A DNA stretch of 64,000 nucleotides from a virus. Taxonomy: Duplodnaviria; Heunggongvirae; Uroviricota; Caudoviricetes. The stretch is taken from IMG/VR virus record IMGVR_UViG_3300038450_000150; one strand, given 5' to 3'. Position 1 is the first letter of the stretch; the number at the start of each line of letters is the position of its first letter. Made by a program: the position numbers and the translations under genes. Below the pieces are notes generated by a model. That model made no database searches and was not told where the DNA came from. It worked only from the letters and a program-made list of their open reading frames with translations. Positions 1 through 9,432 of this stretch are shown here, in pieces.

Positions 1-98
1 TCACACATCCAGCAGAGATTGCTCTGGTGGAGTATGGCTTCCTTGTCCTGAATGTTTCTCCATTCCTTGTCAAACTTTGCCTTTTCATCAGCATTCAT

Positions 99-722
99 TT
101 AGACCACATCAACATATTCTAATGTGCTATCTCTGCTAATGAATACCGAGCTTGGAGTCTTTGGGTAGGTTTCAATAGAGTATATTTGTCTACGATCTCT
201 ATTCTCGTGAAGTTGTTCCCAAAGTTCTGTATAGTCTACACGTGTAATTCTGAAGATATCTGTATCCATATAGTTAAGATAGTTACCATCACTGTCCCTG
301 ACCTTTACAAATTGACCAACTTGGAATTGTGCCTTTGGTAATTCCTCTCTGTAGTGTGGGATCATTTCGTGCCAGAAGTAGTCAGGATCTGCATCACATT
401 TCTTTCTGAACTCAACATAACGATCTGCATATTCACCACAGTCGTATGCTGTTAGATGGAAGAATCCCATAAACATCTCCTTGCCATCTGGCATCTTGAT
501 TTTTGCCCAAGATCGATTTTCATACATTCCAGGCTTGATTCCTTTTGATTGTGAATGTTCGTCTACACCCTCTGCAATGAGTGGATAGTCAACTATCTCA
601 CAGATTGTTCCTTCTGGATAGCCTAGTTTGTAATCTCCCTCTGGAGAGGAAAGTCCAACGAGAATTACTTTCTCACCTTTGTTTGTAAGTTCACCTAACA
701 TTTCTTTACACCTGTTGACCAC
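99..722 (-). CDS. hypothetical protein (207 aa)
   Basis: Long ORF in the minus-strand gene series; no motif recognised. Confidence 0.4.
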   Translation of the reverse strand: MVNRCKEMLGELTNKGEKVILVGLSSPEGDYKLGYPEGTICEIVDYPLIAEGVDEHSQSKGIKPGMYENRSWAKIKMPDGKEMFMGFFHLTAYDCGEYADRYVEFRKKCDADPDYFWHEMIPHYREELPKAQFQVGQFVKVRDSDGNYLNYMDTDIFRITRVDYTELWEQLHENRDRRQIYSIETYPKTPSSVFISRDSTLEYVDVV

Positions 723-931
723 GACTCAATTAAGTTCCAGAGTTCTTCGAATTCTTTTTGTTTGGTCATATTGACCATCATATAGTTATATTCGCCTTTC
801 CGTTTTTCAAGAATCCAAGTAGGAACACCACCACTGCTTCTCTTCAGTGTTATTGTTCCAATCTCACAGTCTATCGGCATACGAATATCTCCTATCATCG
901 GTTCTTCTGGTTTTATTATTCTTCTTTGCAT
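695..931 (-). CDS. hypothetical protein (78 aa)
   Basis: ORF in the co-oriented series; overlaps neighbours by a few nt. Confidence 0.3.
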   Translation of the reverse strand: MQRRIIKPEEPMIGDIRMPIDCEIGTITLKRSSGGVPTWILEKRKGEYNYMMVNMTKQKEFEELWNLIESWSTGVKKC

Positions 932-1182
932 TAAAACTCATCCTCCTTTCTGGCCAGCATTGCCTTGTGCTTCACAAGGTTTCTGAAGGCTCTGTTTATT
1001 GTCTCTGTTGATGTGAGTCTGTGAATATTGAAACCCTTGACCATAAACGTGTCGGTCTTGATATCGTGAATCATAACCTTATCAATCTCAGTCCAGTAGA
1101 CAAGATCAAGGCGTTCATAGTTGCCCATACATTCTCCGTCTTTCTTGATGCACTTTAACACATTCTCTTCAACAGTGTTCAT
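931..1182 (-). CDS. hypothetical protein (83 aa)
   Basis: ORF in the co-oriented series; stop/start overlap with the next gene. Confidence 0.3.
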   Translation of the reverse strand: MNTVEENVLKCIKKDGECMGNYERLDLVYWTEIDKVMIHDIKTDTFMVKGFNIHRLTSTETINRAFRNLVKHKAMLARKEDEF

Positions 1183-1532
1183 ATTTCATCTATCCCCTTA
1201 TTCATTTTGAATAAATACCTAGTTGTGATTACCTTTTTTAACTCAACCATTTCCTCTTCCGTCAGACCGCCTTCCTTTGATATACTTGCCTCACTAGCAG
1301 ACATTGCGTGAACGCTTGTTGAAGAAAGAGGAACATTTAGTTCACCCTGGAAATCTCTGGTGGTTAGTGCTTTTGGACTCTGACCAGCCCTTATGAGATA
1401 ATTGGTCATTAGGACTACAACTTTTCTCATACTTGCACCTTCTATGAAAGTTCCGTGAAGGAAAGGATCTTTGAGATTCTGGGCAGCAGAATATGTTTGT
1501 CTGGTGTATGTGTATGGACCTTTGTCGTTCAT
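1179..1532 (-). CDS. hypothetical protein (117 aa)
   Basis: ORF. The alternative-frame ORF 1342-1557 overlaps and is judged spurious. Confidence 0.35.
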   Translation of the reverse strand: MNDKGPYTYTRQTYSAAQNLKDPFLHGTFIEGASMRKVVVLMTNYLIRAGQSPKALTTRDFQGELNVPLSSTSVHAMSASEASISKEGGLTEEEMVELKKVITTRYLFKMNKGIDEI

Positions 1533-1777
1533 TTCTCGTTCCTCCTTGGGTCAGCATGAATCATATTGAGAAGTGTTTCTACATCTTGTGGTTCTATGTA
1601 GGTGTCTATGCCTGAAGGTGGTGGCATTGTAATCCAAAGTAAGAAATTTCTATCTAAGTTCAAAGCGACTCCCATCTTCCAATCATTGAAGTATTGAGAA
1701 TCAAAGAACTTATCTACCATTTTCCTTGGAGTGAAGTTATATTCCTCATCTTTATGATTGCTTTTCCAGCCTCTCAT
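1529..1777 (-). CDS. hypothetical protein (82 aa)
   Basis: ORF in series. Confidence 0.3.
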   Translation of the reverse strand: MRGWKSNHKDEEYNFTPRKMVDKFFDSQYFNDWKMGVALNLDRNFLLWITMPPPSGIDTYIEPQDVETLLNMIHADPRRNEK

Positions 1778-1943
1778 TGTTTATCCATCCTCAATATCTT
1801 GAACCCTGTAACCATAGATGTTAGAGTATCATCCTTGATGAAATAGAGCAGAAGAATTTCCATAACCTGTAGTGGTGCGCCATTGAACCCAACTTTGTGC
1901 CACTCTGGGTTTTTCTTCGTCTTGATTAGCATTATGTACTTTT

Positions 1944-2144
1944 TCATTGTGAATTCACTCTATGCGCCCAAGGCTGATCTAGATAGAGCCATTTTATGAA
2001 TGGTGTCACCTTACCAGCACACTGGGGAAATATTTGATCGTACTCATCTTCTAGTCGGTGCTTCTCCTCTATTGTTAGACCTTGAGGAAGTTCCATCATA
2101 GCCATCAGGAGTTCTGAGGCTAAGATTTTCATATTGAGTTTCAT
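1944..2144 (-). CDS. hypothetical protein (66 aa)
   Basis: ORF. TAAATG stop-start coupling with the upstream mini-ORF. Confidence 0.3.
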   Translation of the reverse strand: MKLNMKILASELLMAMMELPQGLTIEEKHRLEDEYDQIFPQCAGKVTPFIKWLYLDQPWAHRVNSQ

Positions 2145-2147
2145 TTA

Positions 2148-2303
2148 CCATTCTCCCTTCTTTGGAATTACTCGCCATTGGCATTCACCATAGTCCTGTG
2201 GTCGAATGGCTAGGCATCGTGGTCGGTAATCTCCACTGTCGTGCTTTCTGCTCTTGTAGGAGCACCAGTCCTTGCAAGTGCATCGGGGCTTTCTCTCTGG
2301 CAT
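2148..2303 (-). CDS. small Cys-rich basic protein (about 51 aa), below the ORF-track threshold
   Basis: Own translation of the minus strand: MPERKPRCTCKDWCSYKSRKHDSGDYRPRC... Region is GC-richer than its surroundings. An ncRNA is an alternative. Confidence 0.2.
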
Positions 2304-2552
2304 TTAGTATGCCACCTCATTGTACTCATTGAGCTTGACGTTTCGGTCTGTGAGATAGCCTGTCACATAGTCTACCAGTTCGACTGGTTTTCTTGTGATG
2401 ATTGTTATGTGGACATCATCATATTCCATCACTCTCCCTATGGGGAAGAGTCTACTGGAAAGATGCCTAGAATCTGGATGAGGCATCCTGTCTATCTTGA
2501 AGGTTATCTTCACGATTCCCGACTTCTCTTCTTCAAAGGTCATATTGGTCAT
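2304..2552 (-). CDS. hypothetical protein (82 aa)
   Basis: ORF whose start lies 20 nt from the TTTATAAA motif at 2573-2580. Confidence 0.45.
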   Translation of the reverse strand: MTNMTFEEEKSGIVKITFKIDRMPHPDSRHLSSRLFPIGRVMEYDDVHITIITRKPVELVDYVTGYLTDRNVKLNEYNEVAY

Positions 2553-2572
2553 CCACAGATACGCAGTTGGTG

Positions 2573-2592
2573 TTTATAAATATTGTGGATTA
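2573..2592 (-). promoter_or_regulatory. BRE/TATA-like promoter motif tttataaatattgtggatta
   Basis: Conserved motif 20 nt upstream of the start codon at 2552. Confidence 0.6.
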
Positions 2593-2605
2593 TTGGTTAT
2601 GGAGT

Positions 2606-3046
2606 TTAAGTTCTAGATTCTCCGTTTTCGTGCCTCTTGATCCAATTGCAGTTGGCACAGAGAACTTGGTATATTTTTCTAGCTTCTTCTGGATTCTTTA
2701 TTATTTTCCAGTAGATTCCCCTAGTGGATATCTTGGTGATTTCCTTATGACCACCACCTTGTTTATGATCAACCTGAAGTGTCCGAATATCGGAACAGCC
2801 ACCTGGAACTAAACAGTTTGGATTTGAACATCTTGGCCCACCAAGAACTTCAAAGGCTCTCAGTTTAATTTTCTCACGATATTCCCTTTTCTGTGCGCTT
2901 ATTTCAGCCTTTTTTGCTATGTAATAGTTTTTCCTTTGTTCCTTGATCACTGCTTTGTTTTCCTTGAGGTATGTCTGTCTCTCCTCTTTATGATCTGCTA
3001 CATATACCTTATAGTATTCCTGAGTTTCTTCCTTTGTCCATGTCAT
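2606..3046 (-). CDS. HNH endonuclease
   Basis: Motif LQVDHKQGGGH...CANCN (the D-H...N...C-x2-C HNH signature). Lys-rich coiled N-terminus. Confidence 0.65.
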   Translation of the reverse strand: MTWTKEETQEYYKVYVADHKEERQTYLKENKAVIKEQRKNYYIAKKAEISAQKREYREKIKLRAFEVLGGPRCSNPNCLVPGGCSDIRTLQVDHKQGGGHKEITKISTRGIYWKIIKNPEEARKIYQVLCANCNWIKRHENGESRT

Positions 3047-3270
3047 ACATTATCAAAGATAGCGTGTTCATAGAAGTATATAAAGGTTGTGGATTAGTAA
3101 CCTCTCACCTTTCGTTCATATTCTATTGATTTGCGAACATATTCGGAGTTGTCACTTGCCCGAATAATTCTTCTGATTGTCTCTTCCTGCTCAGGAGAAC
3201 ATGGAACACCATCTGGACCCTTACATCCATCTGGACCTTGAGGACCCATCTGCATCTTTGACATTTACTA

Positions 3271-3534
3271 TCAGTCCTCATTGAGTTCTCGTGCAATCTT
3301 ATGGAGAGCCATATCGTAACCACAGTGGGAACAGTGAACATAAATCCACTGTCTCTCTTCCATAATATTTCCGTAACTGTCTAGAGTTCGAAAACCACCA
3401 TCATGGTCATACTCCCTTAAACCGCTTCCTCTTAATGCCTTTCCACAGAGGCAAGTTGGCTTCTTACTCTCTATCAGGTTGGCCAGATAGGTTAAGTCTA
3501 TCGGTTCTTCGAGTCTGTTCGTCATATTGGTCAA
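3271..3534 (-). CDS. Zn-binding small protein (87 aa)
   Basis: CLCGK...HCSHCGY cysteine pairs. TTTATAAA at 3555-3562 lies 20 nt upstream. Confidence 0.4.
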   Translation of the reverse strand: MTNMTNRLEEPIDLTYLANLIESKKPTCLCGKALRGSGLREYDHDGGFRTLDSYGNIMEERQWIYVHCSHCGYDMALHKIARELNED

Positions 3535-4313
3535 AGCTGATAGGTATGTGTGTGTTTATAAATGTTATGGACTACTGGTGTTTTAATTGAATAAAAAAGC
3601 ATATTTAGATATTCTACACCCTCTTCTGATATGAAGTTTGGGACGTTGTAATTAGCATTTGTGTATCTTCTCTCAGCCAATACTTTCTCATCTGTGATTG
3701 GATTGTAGCCTTTTTTTAAGTAATATTCAGATTTAAGGATTACACCGTTTTGTTGCCATAATGGTGCATAGTCAGTGTCAAAACCTCTCTCCTTACACAC
3801 TTCCTTCAATTGGTTTCCATTGAGTCCCTTGAGAGTACTGGCTGTTTTGGCTGGACTTAGATTATCTACTCTTAACACCATAGCTTCAGCCCAAGCATTT
3901 AGGAAGTTGCGTTTACACTCAGCTTGCCTCCAAATTAAGTATTTAGTAACATCTGCATCATCTACCATTGGGACTATTCTGCAATCAAAACTCGCCTTTG
4001 ACCCTAGCTCGGAGAAGGAAGAAGCAAAGTGACTAGGCATAAGAGAATCAAGTTTTTCTATTCTATCAAAGACAGTTGGCTCAAAAAAGATGAAACTAAT
4101 CTCATCTGAGAAGTAATATGCAAGTGACGGATTAAAAGCCTTGAAGAATTCTCTTGCTGCGTCTAGGAATCTTACAGAAAGCCTATCATCAAATGGCTTC
4201 CTCATTCCTTTTGTAAAGGTGTGAAATGCCCATCCGTCAAGCCTAGCTATAAATGGTGTGGTCACTCGAATATTGTTGAATATCTCCTTATCTTTGAAAT
4301 TCGTTTGCTCCAT
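3531..4313 (-). CDS. thg1: tRNA-His guanylyltransferase-like (Thg1-like 3'-5' nucleotidyltransferase)
   Basis: ARLDGWAFHTF, AYYFSDEISFIF, HFASSF and YLIWRQAECKRNFLN match the Thg1 signature blocks (RLDGRNFHRF / GQSDEYSFVF / SWRQADCHINNLYN). Confidence 0.8.
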   Translation of the reverse strand: MEQTNFKDKEIFNNIRVTTPFIARLDGWAFHTFTKGMRKPFDDRLSVRFLDAAREFFKAFNPSLAYYFSDEISFIFFEPTVFDRIEKLDSLMPSHFASSFSELGSKASFDCRIVPMVDDADVTKYLIWRQAECKRNFLNAWAEAMVLRVDNLSPAKTASTLKGLNGNQLKEVCKERGFDTDYAPLWQQNGVILKSEYYLKKGYNPITDEKVLAERRYTNANYNVPNFISEEGVEYLNMLFYSIKTPVVHNIYKHTHTYQL

Positions 4314-4543
4314 TATTTATCACCTTTGATTCTGATAGTCACTATACTTTCACCATCTATAAGAATAAAGTAACTGCCAATTTCCTTAGTGTTCCAAACA
4401 GCCTTGATTGTCTGACCATCAAATGCAACCATTATTTTTGTAGCCATTTCTGGTGTCATATCAATTGGATTGAGCTTGATGATATCTTTGGATTCAAAAA
4501 GATCCTTTAAATTGGCTGATCTCACATCTCTATGGCTGTGCAT
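4313..4543 (-). CDS. hypothetical protein (76 aa)
   Basis: ORF. Promoter motif at 4572-4591. Confidence 0.35.
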   Translation of the reverse strand: MHSHRDVRSANLKDLFESKDIIKLNPIDMTPEMATKIMVAFDGQTIKAVWNTKEIGSYFILIDGESIVTIRIKGDK

Positions 4544-4588
4544 ATCATTCGTCTAAAATGATGTGTGTGTGTTTATAAAGATTGTGGA

Positions 4589-5143
4589 TTAAAGTGCTGG
4601 ATGACGGCTGAGTATCCACCTGGAAAAACTATCACCATATTTCTCATCTATTGTCTTTTGATCGAGTGTCAGAAACCCAGTCTTTATGTCACCACAAGTG
4701 AATTCTATATTTTGACCAGCCAGTGTGTGTAATACACCAATTACAATACTTGAAGTCCTGTAGTCATATATTAAATTATTAACAGCATATGGGAAACTAC
4801 CAAAGATGTGTTGACAGATGTAGTGTACTCTGAATTCCGTGTCTGTGTAATAGTTCTCTTTTGGATGTACTATAACTTCTCTATGATCACTACCAAGTTT
4901 AGAGTACACCTTAAAACTGGGACTTTTGGCTTTTGAGGTTTTGACTGCCTTCATTCCCCAGTTCCATTGCATCTCATCTGCTCCAAGCCAACGTTTTATA
5001 GTTTCAAGATCCTTGAAAATGAATTTTGCTTCAACACCTGTTACTGATAGTCCTTTTGGAGCAATTTCATAGAGATAAATTTCAAATGTTGTGGTTTCTT
5101 TACGATCTTCGCTTATTGGTACAGTTATTCCATCGTAGACCAT
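4589..5143 (-). CDS. hypothetical protein (184 aa)
   Basis: ORF in series. Confidence 0.4.
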   Translation of the reverse strand: MVYDGITVPISEDRKETTTFEIYLYEIAPKGLSVTGVEAKFIFKDLETIKRWLGADEMQWNWGMKAVKTSKAKSPSFKVYSKLGSDHREVIVHPKENYYTDTEFRVHYICQHIFGSFPYAVNNLIYDYRTSSIVIGVLHTLAGQNIEFTCGDIKTGFLTLDQKTIDEKYGDSFSRWILSRHPAL

Positions 5144-5149
5144 TTATTT

Positions 5150-5449
5150 TTACTCCTGTTTTACATCCTTGCCCATTCTTGGAATATCTGTTAGAAAAAC
5201 AGTTTGATATATATCACCTTGGATAACAATTCCTGGTGTGCCAGCTTCTGGCTCATATTTACCATCCTTCTTGAACACCATAACCTCTCCAAGGGACTCT
5301 ATCATATCCAAATATTCTGTTGGAATGGGGATTTTGATTATCTGTTCAAATGTTTTTACCCTATCATTTTGAATCATAATCTTGTCGGTTCCAAAGTCCT
5401 TGTAAATGAAACTGACCCTGAACTTGACGTTCTGCCCTATTGCCTTCAT
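5150..5449 (-). CDS. hypothetical protein (99 aa)
   Basis: ORF. Promoter motif at 5479-5496. Confidence 0.35.
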   Translation of the reverse strand: MKAIGQNVKFRVSFIYKDFGTDKIMIQNDRVKTFEQIIKIPIPTEYLDMIESLGEVMVFKKDGKYEPEAGTPGIVIQGDIYQTVFLTDIPRMGKDVKQE

Positions 5450-5479
5450 GTCATCACGGATTAGAAACAGAGTGTGCGT

Positions 5480-5746
5480 TTATAAATATTGTGGAACTGG
5501 AGATACCTTATTTATATAATCTGGGTGATTTTTTAGCAATTCCATAGTCTCTTTGAAATAATGCGCCCAAGATCGTGAACCACACATCGGACAGGTGGAG
5601 AAAACCATAACCTTCTCGGAATCACCATAGTCCCTGATGTCCTTCATTGTTCGAAGCCAGTCGAAGTGTGTTGATGTTTTATATCCACATTCTGGGCATT
5701 CATCACTCATTCCCAGTCGGTGGCTTCTTTCCATTATTAGACTCAT
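5480..5746 (-). CDS. Zn-ribbon protein (88 aa)
   Basis: CPECGYK...CPMCGS. TATA variant tttataag at 5769. Confidence 0.4.
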   Translation of the reverse strand: MSLIMERSHRLGMSDECPECGYKTSTHFDWLRTMKDIRDYGDSEKVMVFSTCPMCGSRSWAHYFKETMELLKNHPDYINKVSPVPQYL

Positions 5747-5787
5747 AGGTACAAGTCAAACACTGAGCGTTTATAAGGAATATGGAT

Positions 5788-6000
5788 TCAGGATTCACGT
5801 TCTGCTAACTTCTTGATACACCAATCACGAAGTTCCTTTAGGTCAAAATCACCGACTTCATTTTTTGTCTCTCCTTGGTGTAACCATCCATTGCAGAAAC
5901 TGATTCCACGTCTAAGATCGTATTCGTCATAGGCTTCTTCTGGTGTGAATCCTTCAAGTATTCCCTTGAAATCATCAACCATTAGCCTACAAAGAGTCAT
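5788..6000 (-). CDS. hypothetical protein (70 aa)
   Basis: ORF. Confidence 0.3.
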   Translation of the reverse strand: MTLCRLMVDDFKGILEGFTPEEAYDEYDLRRGISFCNGWLHQGETKNEVGDFDLKELRDWCIKKLAERES

Positions 6001-6540
6001 TTAAGCACACAGCTTTCTGAGTATCCTATAGAACATCTCGGCTGCTTTATCTTCGTCTTTGAATGTTCCCTCTTCGCCTCTGAAGTTATCCAAGTCACCG
6101 AAATCGGAAAAAATCACTCTATATCCCTGTTTTCCATCCATAATTGGGAAATATGTTAGAAGTTCTCCATTCTCCCCATTAATTGAGAAGAAATTGTGCT
6201 CGTCCCTTGTGTATGTCACTTTTTTTGAACCAGAAGCGATTATCCTATCAACTCCAGTTATTGTGACAAAGTTTGGATTCAAATATAGTTTTGCATAATC
6301 TGAATCCTTGTGCATTAACCTTGAACTATGTATATCATAGCACGGATGTACTTTCCTGCAATCCTCACAAGGACCATATGAGGCTGGTAGTCCAACCCAG
6401 CTATCTTCAGTCCAAGGTTCAAGTCCTCTGGGTGTCTCGACTAGGTAGTTCTTTTCTAAACAATTTTTGCAAAGGAACATAGATTTCACTTTTTCATTGT
6501 CATAAACATTAAGCCAGAGTGGAAACGTGGACATTTCCAC
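6001..6540 (-). CDS. hypothetical Cys-containing protein (179 aa)
   Basis: ORF with CKNC and CEDC pairs. Confidence 0.4.
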   Translation of the reverse strand: MEMSTFPLWLNVYDNEKVKSMFLCKNCLEKNYLVETPRGLEPWTEDSWVGLPASYGPCEDCRKVHPCYDIHSSRLMHKDSDYAKLYLNPNFVTITGVDRIIASGSKKVTYTRDEHNFFSINGENGELLTYFPIMDGKQGYRVIFSDFGDLDNFRGEEGTFKDEDKAAEMFYRILRKLCA

Positions 6541-6653
6541 TTCTTGGCCATCTCGATATTTCCGTCACACTCTTCGTTTGATAAAATACAGGGAGAACAC
6601 TGATCACCGTAAAGTTCCTTCAGTTGCTTTACAGAGAAATGCTTTATGGACAT

Positions 6654-6884
6654 TTACTCAACCAGCTTTATGTGGAACTTTCTCTCGTATGGATACCAGT
6701 CGCTGAACCTGATCTTACCAGCCCTCTTGAGGACATTGAGATATCTCATAAAGGTTCTCTTGTCAACACCAAGTTCCTTGAAGAGTTCGGCTGATACCAT
6801 TTCACCGTTGTGCTCCTTCAACTTCTGGAGAACAATTTCTGCCTGACCGATTTCTACCGTGCTAACCCATCTTAGGCTCATCAT
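6654..6884 (-). CDS. small winged-helix-like DNA-binding protein (76 aa)
   Basis: Helix-turn-helix-like segment RTFMRYLNVLKRAGKI. Promoter motif at 6914-6934. Confidence 0.35.
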   Translation of the reverse strand: MMSLRWVSTVEIGQAEIVLQKLKEHNGEMVSAELFKELGVDKRTFMRYLNVLKRAGKIRFSDWYPYERKFHIKLVE

Positions 6885-6930
6885 TTTAGTTCGTGTAAGA
6901 GTATGTGTTGGTATTTATAAAGATTGTGGA

Positions 6931-7296
6931 TTATGGGTTATGAAGTTTGATTTCGAGATCTTCCATAATAACATCGTCTAAAAAGTGGGTGTCAACTATG
7001 GATTGAATATCAAACACTGGGCAATAATCAATGCCTGGTTTAAGTTTGCCTACTATGTGGTGTAATGGCTCGTGAACCATACAATAGAGCACAAAATCAT
7101 AGATTGTCATATATTTCTTGTATCGAGTCAGGAAAAGACCAATGTTCTCCGCATTGTCTTTAATCTGTGGATGATCTATTGGAAAATCAGAAAAATCAAA
7201 ATAAACAACACCTGTTTCTGTGTTGATACAGGCGTGTAAGTCTGTCATTTCAAAAAACACTTCAACATCTTCGGTTGGAGTGAGGGAGATATCCAT
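6931..7296 (-). CDS. hypothetical protein (121 aa)
   Basis: ORF. Confidence 0.35.
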   Translation of the reverse strand: MDISLTPTEDVEVFFEMTDLHACINTETGVVYFDFSDFPIDHPQIKDNAENIGLFLTRYKKYMTIYDFVLYCMVHEPLHHIVGKLKPGIDYCPVFDIQSIVDTHFLDDVIMEDLEIKLHNP

Positions 7297-7298
7297 TG

Positions 7299-7919
7299 TC
7301 AGCCAAGAATCCTGTGTGTTTCATTGCATATTGCTTTATACATCTTTATGGAACTTGCAACTCTCTTTCTTGCCTTTTCCATTTGTTCCTTGTGATATTT
7401 TAAGTCTGAACGCACAGATTGTTTTTGAGATTTAACGAAATCATCCTTTGATAGAATTCTAACTATGTATGGTCTTGTTTCACTTTCAACAAGATCAAGC
7501 TGGTCAAGTCCAAACTTTGCGACTGCCTTTGTGTGTTTACTTCTGGCAGCTTTGAATAATTTTGTCAAGTCTACTCGTACAGCATCGTGTCTGGCTTTCA
7601 TTACTGAACATCTTTTGACACAGGCTACATTTTCATTCGTTATCTTTTTTTCATAATCTTCGTAGTCTTTATCCCACTGCTCTGGAGTATATGTGGCATA
7701 TAATATGGACTTGTCTCTAGCCTCTCCATATTTATCAGAATGGTATTGAATATCACTGTAATCAGATATGGCATCTTCAATTTGTTTTTCACTCATACTG
7801 AATGAGTAATCACGAAGTTCAGCACATAAACCAAACATACGAACTAATTGTTCAGTGACCCATCTCTGGGTGGTTATTTTTGGATCCTTATCTAAAGCAT
7901 CTGTTAAGCCTGTAGGCAT
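7299..7919 (-). CDS. hypothetical protein (206 aa)
   Basis: ORF. Promoter motif at 7956-7970. Confidence 0.4.
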   Translation of the reverse strand: MPTGLTDALDKDPKITTQRWVTEQLVRMFGLCAELRDYSFSMSEKQIEDAISDYSDIQYHSDKYGEARDKSILYATYTPEQWDKDYEDYEKKITNENVACVKRCSVMKARHDAVRVDLTKLFKAARSKHTKAVAKFGLDQLDLVESETRPYIVRILSKDDFVKSQKQSVRSDLKYHKEQMEKARKRVASSIKMYKAICNETHRILG

Positions 7920-7949
7920 TCATTACACCTTGATAAAAGAAGAGGTGTG

Positions 7950-8171
7950 TTAGTCTTTATAAATATTTTGAAGTTTCTCGTATGGAACTGCTTGCTTTCT
8001 TTTTATAATTGAAGTCCATTTGATTATATCGTGGTTATAGCCCATTCTGCATTCGTTTGGACGTTCTAGGGGAACTTCGTCAAACTCTTCTTTGCAGTGA
8101 ATACAAACGTATTTTTTATGCAGTTTTAAGCACCTTCTCTTCGTGCCTGAAGAGCATTGCACCGAGATCAC
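7950..8171 (-). CDS. Zn-binding small protein (73 aa)
   Basis: C-x-HC...C pairs. Overlaps the next ORF by 56 nt, so the true start is uncertain. Confidence 0.3.
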   Translation of the reverse strand: MISVQCSSGTKRRCLKLHKKYVCIHCKEEFDEVPLERPNECRMGYNHDIIKWTSIIKRKQAVPYEKLQNIYKD

Positions 8172-8487
8172 TTATACAATCTTCAATCCCATCTGCTTTG
8201 CCTTCAGTGAAATCTACTCCCTCTTCGTCTAGATTTTCTATAGCCACTCTCCAGAGATTTGGAAGCTGTTCTATTTCTTGGAGTAGTTCGTATTGCTCTT
8301 CGGCTATCTCCTGCATTTTTTCATAGTACATTTGCTTATAGGTTAGACCACCGCCATTCTTTTCAAGTTCTCTCCAAGAACCGAAATCCAGCCACATCTG
8401 TTCAACCGATGGAACTTCCTTGTGATAGCCATAACGCCAACGCCACCAACGTTTGACAGCCTCATCTTGAGGCTTCAATTGCTTCAT
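8116..8487 (-). CDS. hypothetical acidic protein (123 aa)
   Basis: ORF. Confidence 0.35.
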   Translation of the reverse strand: MKQLKPQDEAVKRWWRWRYGYHKEVPSVEQMWLDFGSWRELEKNGGGLTYKQMYYEKMQEIAEEQYELLQEIEQLPNLWRVAIENLDEEGVDFTEGKADGIEDCISDLGAMLFRHEEKVLKTA

Positions 8488-8786
8488 TTCTTTTTCCTCT
8501 TTTCTAGAGATGCAACTTTGTTTTCTAGGATCTTTGCCTTCTGTATCATTTCCTGAACTTTGATGTTATCACTGAAACAGGAATTTGGCTTATCAGCGTG
8601 TAAGAACTTTGTTAGCTGATCACTAAGTTTCTCACTATTGACTTTTTCAAGACAATTCTTACAAGTTATCTCGGTGAGATAAAATGCTCTTTTTGTCGGT
8701 GTTACACCTACTGCCTTGTTACAGGCGTAGTGGCCATCATCTTCAACCCAGTGAAGAATATCGGGATTTTTTATGCTGTGTGCCAT
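8484..8786 (-). CDS. Zn-ribbon protein (100 aa)
   Basis: CNK...CKNC. Confidence 0.35.
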   Translation of the reverse strand: MAHSIKNPDILHWVEDDGHYACNKAVGVTPTKRAFYLTEITCKNCLEKVNSEKLSDQLTKFLHADKPNSCFSDNIKVQEMIQKAKILENKVASLEKRKKK

Positions 8787-8959
8787 TTCTCATTACTCCA
8801 TTGACTCTATTGTGACTCTGACTTTCTGATTTATCTTCCAGCCATCCTCTTCCTTGAGAGAAATTTCGTGAAGTTTTGGTGTGTGGGTAACATCTGTATC
8901 ACCATCACTATCTGTCCAGACTATTATCTCATCGGATAATGTTGTCTCTACGACTTTCT

Positions 8960-9193
8960 TCATTTTCCAACCTCTTCTATTTCGACTATGATTTTATAAT
9001 GAACTACTTTCTTGTGAAGTCTGCCCATATTCCCAACCTCATCTGGGAAAAATGCGCTCGGATAGATGCGTCTTTCATCCCATTTAATCCATCTCTCGAT
9101 TGGCTCTTGTGGTGGTTCTGGTTGCATAGGATTTATACATAGATAACCAGCAGCTTCAGAGATTACGCCATACCCCTCTGTTATCTTCTTCAT
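8960..9193 (-). CDS. hypothetical protein (77 aa)
   Basis: ORF. Confidence 0.25.
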   Translation of the reverse strand: MKKITEGYGVISEAAGYLCINPMQPEPPQEPIERWIKWDERRIYPSAFFPDEVGNMGRLHKKVVHYKIIVEIEEVGK

Positions 9194-9432
9194 TTCATCT
9201 TTCTCCTTGTTGACTCATTTCGAAGATACAAAGCGATTTCCACAAGTCGAGCTGGAGAAATGTTTGTGTTCTCAGGAAGCGGTTTGCCATCCTGAACAAG
9301 AACTATATCTTCATCATCTTCGTGTGGAATTAGGATTAGAGTTGACCCACGACTAGTGTCTCTCTCCCAGCTACACAGGGTATCCATCAATCTAGTTAGT
9401 GCCTGATCTACCTCTCTACACTTATGTTTCAT
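9190..9432 (-). CDS. hypothetical protein (80 aa)
   Basis: ORF. Confidence 0.3.
   Translation of the reverse strand: MKHKCREVDQALTRLMDTLCSWERDTSRGSTLILIPHEDDEDIVLVQDGKPLPENTNISPARLVEIALYLRNESTRRKMK

Noticed and set aside
2170-2260. tRNA-like D-loop sequence (gtggtcgaatggctaggcatcgtggtcgg)
   Set aside because: No complementary acceptor strand and no T-arm on either strand. More likely the coding sequence of a small Cys-rich ORF or another ncRNA.
2241-2579. Plus-strand ORF 2241-2579 (112 aa)
   Set aside because: It overlaps the minus-strand gene 2304-2552, which has a correctly spaced promoter, and the promoter motif itself. Likely spurious.
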